DNA of 62,482 bases, the filler included, from Globobulimina sp. (Eukaryota), in assembly GCA_003354225.1 (NCBI GenBank). It is 39 parts of 39 records of this genome, joined end to end, with 100 filler letters (N's around TTAATTAATTAA, not from the genome) between each part and the next. Parts side by side here need not be neighbours in the genome. Positions count along the whole stretch, not along the records: positions 60,980 to 62,482 come from PIVH01015637.1; 38 more parts are not named here. One strand, given 5' to 3'. The number at the start of each line of letters is the position of its first letter. The first letter of the stretch is position 1. Position numbers and translations under genes: made by a program. Positions 62,253 through 62,482 of the stretch are shown one piece after another. The notes below the pieces were generated by a model, which saw only the letters and a program-made list of their open reading frames with translations, ran no database searches and was not told where the DNA came from.

Positions 62253-62482
62253 TTGAAGATCATAAAACGCAGAAAATTACAGGTATTCGGTTATGGGGTT
62301 ATAGTGATAATGAGTATGTGTCAGGCATTGAGTTTGAAGTAAATGGTGTTTGGATGGGAAAACATGGTAAAAAGTCAGACTCAGAGCCAGACGCACAATT
62401 AATATTAAACACGGATGAATATATTAATTGTATTATCATCGATAAATATACTGCAGACTATGTTGAATTTCGTACAAGTGGA
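62198..62482 (+). CDS. Jacalin-like lectin fragment (other frame)
   Basis: GGEPF...ITGIRL...VSGIEF...GKHG...L..DEYI...VEFRTS. Confidence 0.6.

Noticed and set aside
1-62482. Operon or multi-gene system spanning neighbouring contigs (e.g. RT + gag + capsid)
   Set aside because: Contigs are length-sorted and unrelated, so adjacency is artificial

Overview
This window is not one locus. It is 39 unrelated contigs of ~1.5 kb, in decreasing length order, joined by 38 artificial spacers (N-run + TTAATTAATTAA + N-run), so gene neighbourhood across spacers means nothing. Most contigs look like an AT-rich protist genome. The family mix (orphan 7TM, kelch/SPRY-like, SAM, LRR, C-type lectin, XK, Clu) suggests a rhizarian/foraminiferan, which is my inference. 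Mixed in are bacterial pieces (SusC fragment, beta-helix, LamG protein plus a tRNA-Glu att site), short-intron animal-like pieces, retroelements (BEL/Pao gag, Ty3/Gypsy pol, non-LTR RT), DNA-transposon remnants and MITEs, and possible giant-virus DNA. Many contigs have abrupt internal junctions or fold-backs typical of amplification chimeras. Recognisable genes include OMP decarboxylase, asparagine synthetase, a ZnT transporter, RBM8A/Y14, cullin, IFT20, a ferric reductase/NOX and a FAM172/Arb2-like protein. The best lead is a Polinton/Maverick-type capsid module (27314-28794) whose major capsid gene needs two ~50-nt spliceosomal introns removed. Other leads are a fibre-like coiled-coil protein with a KVTICH...HGD cap, a compact pseudoknot candidate beside a (TAC)n tract, and an integrative-element att site. 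I cannot demonstrate a complete new system from fragments this short. All homology calls are by motif recognition, with no searches run.
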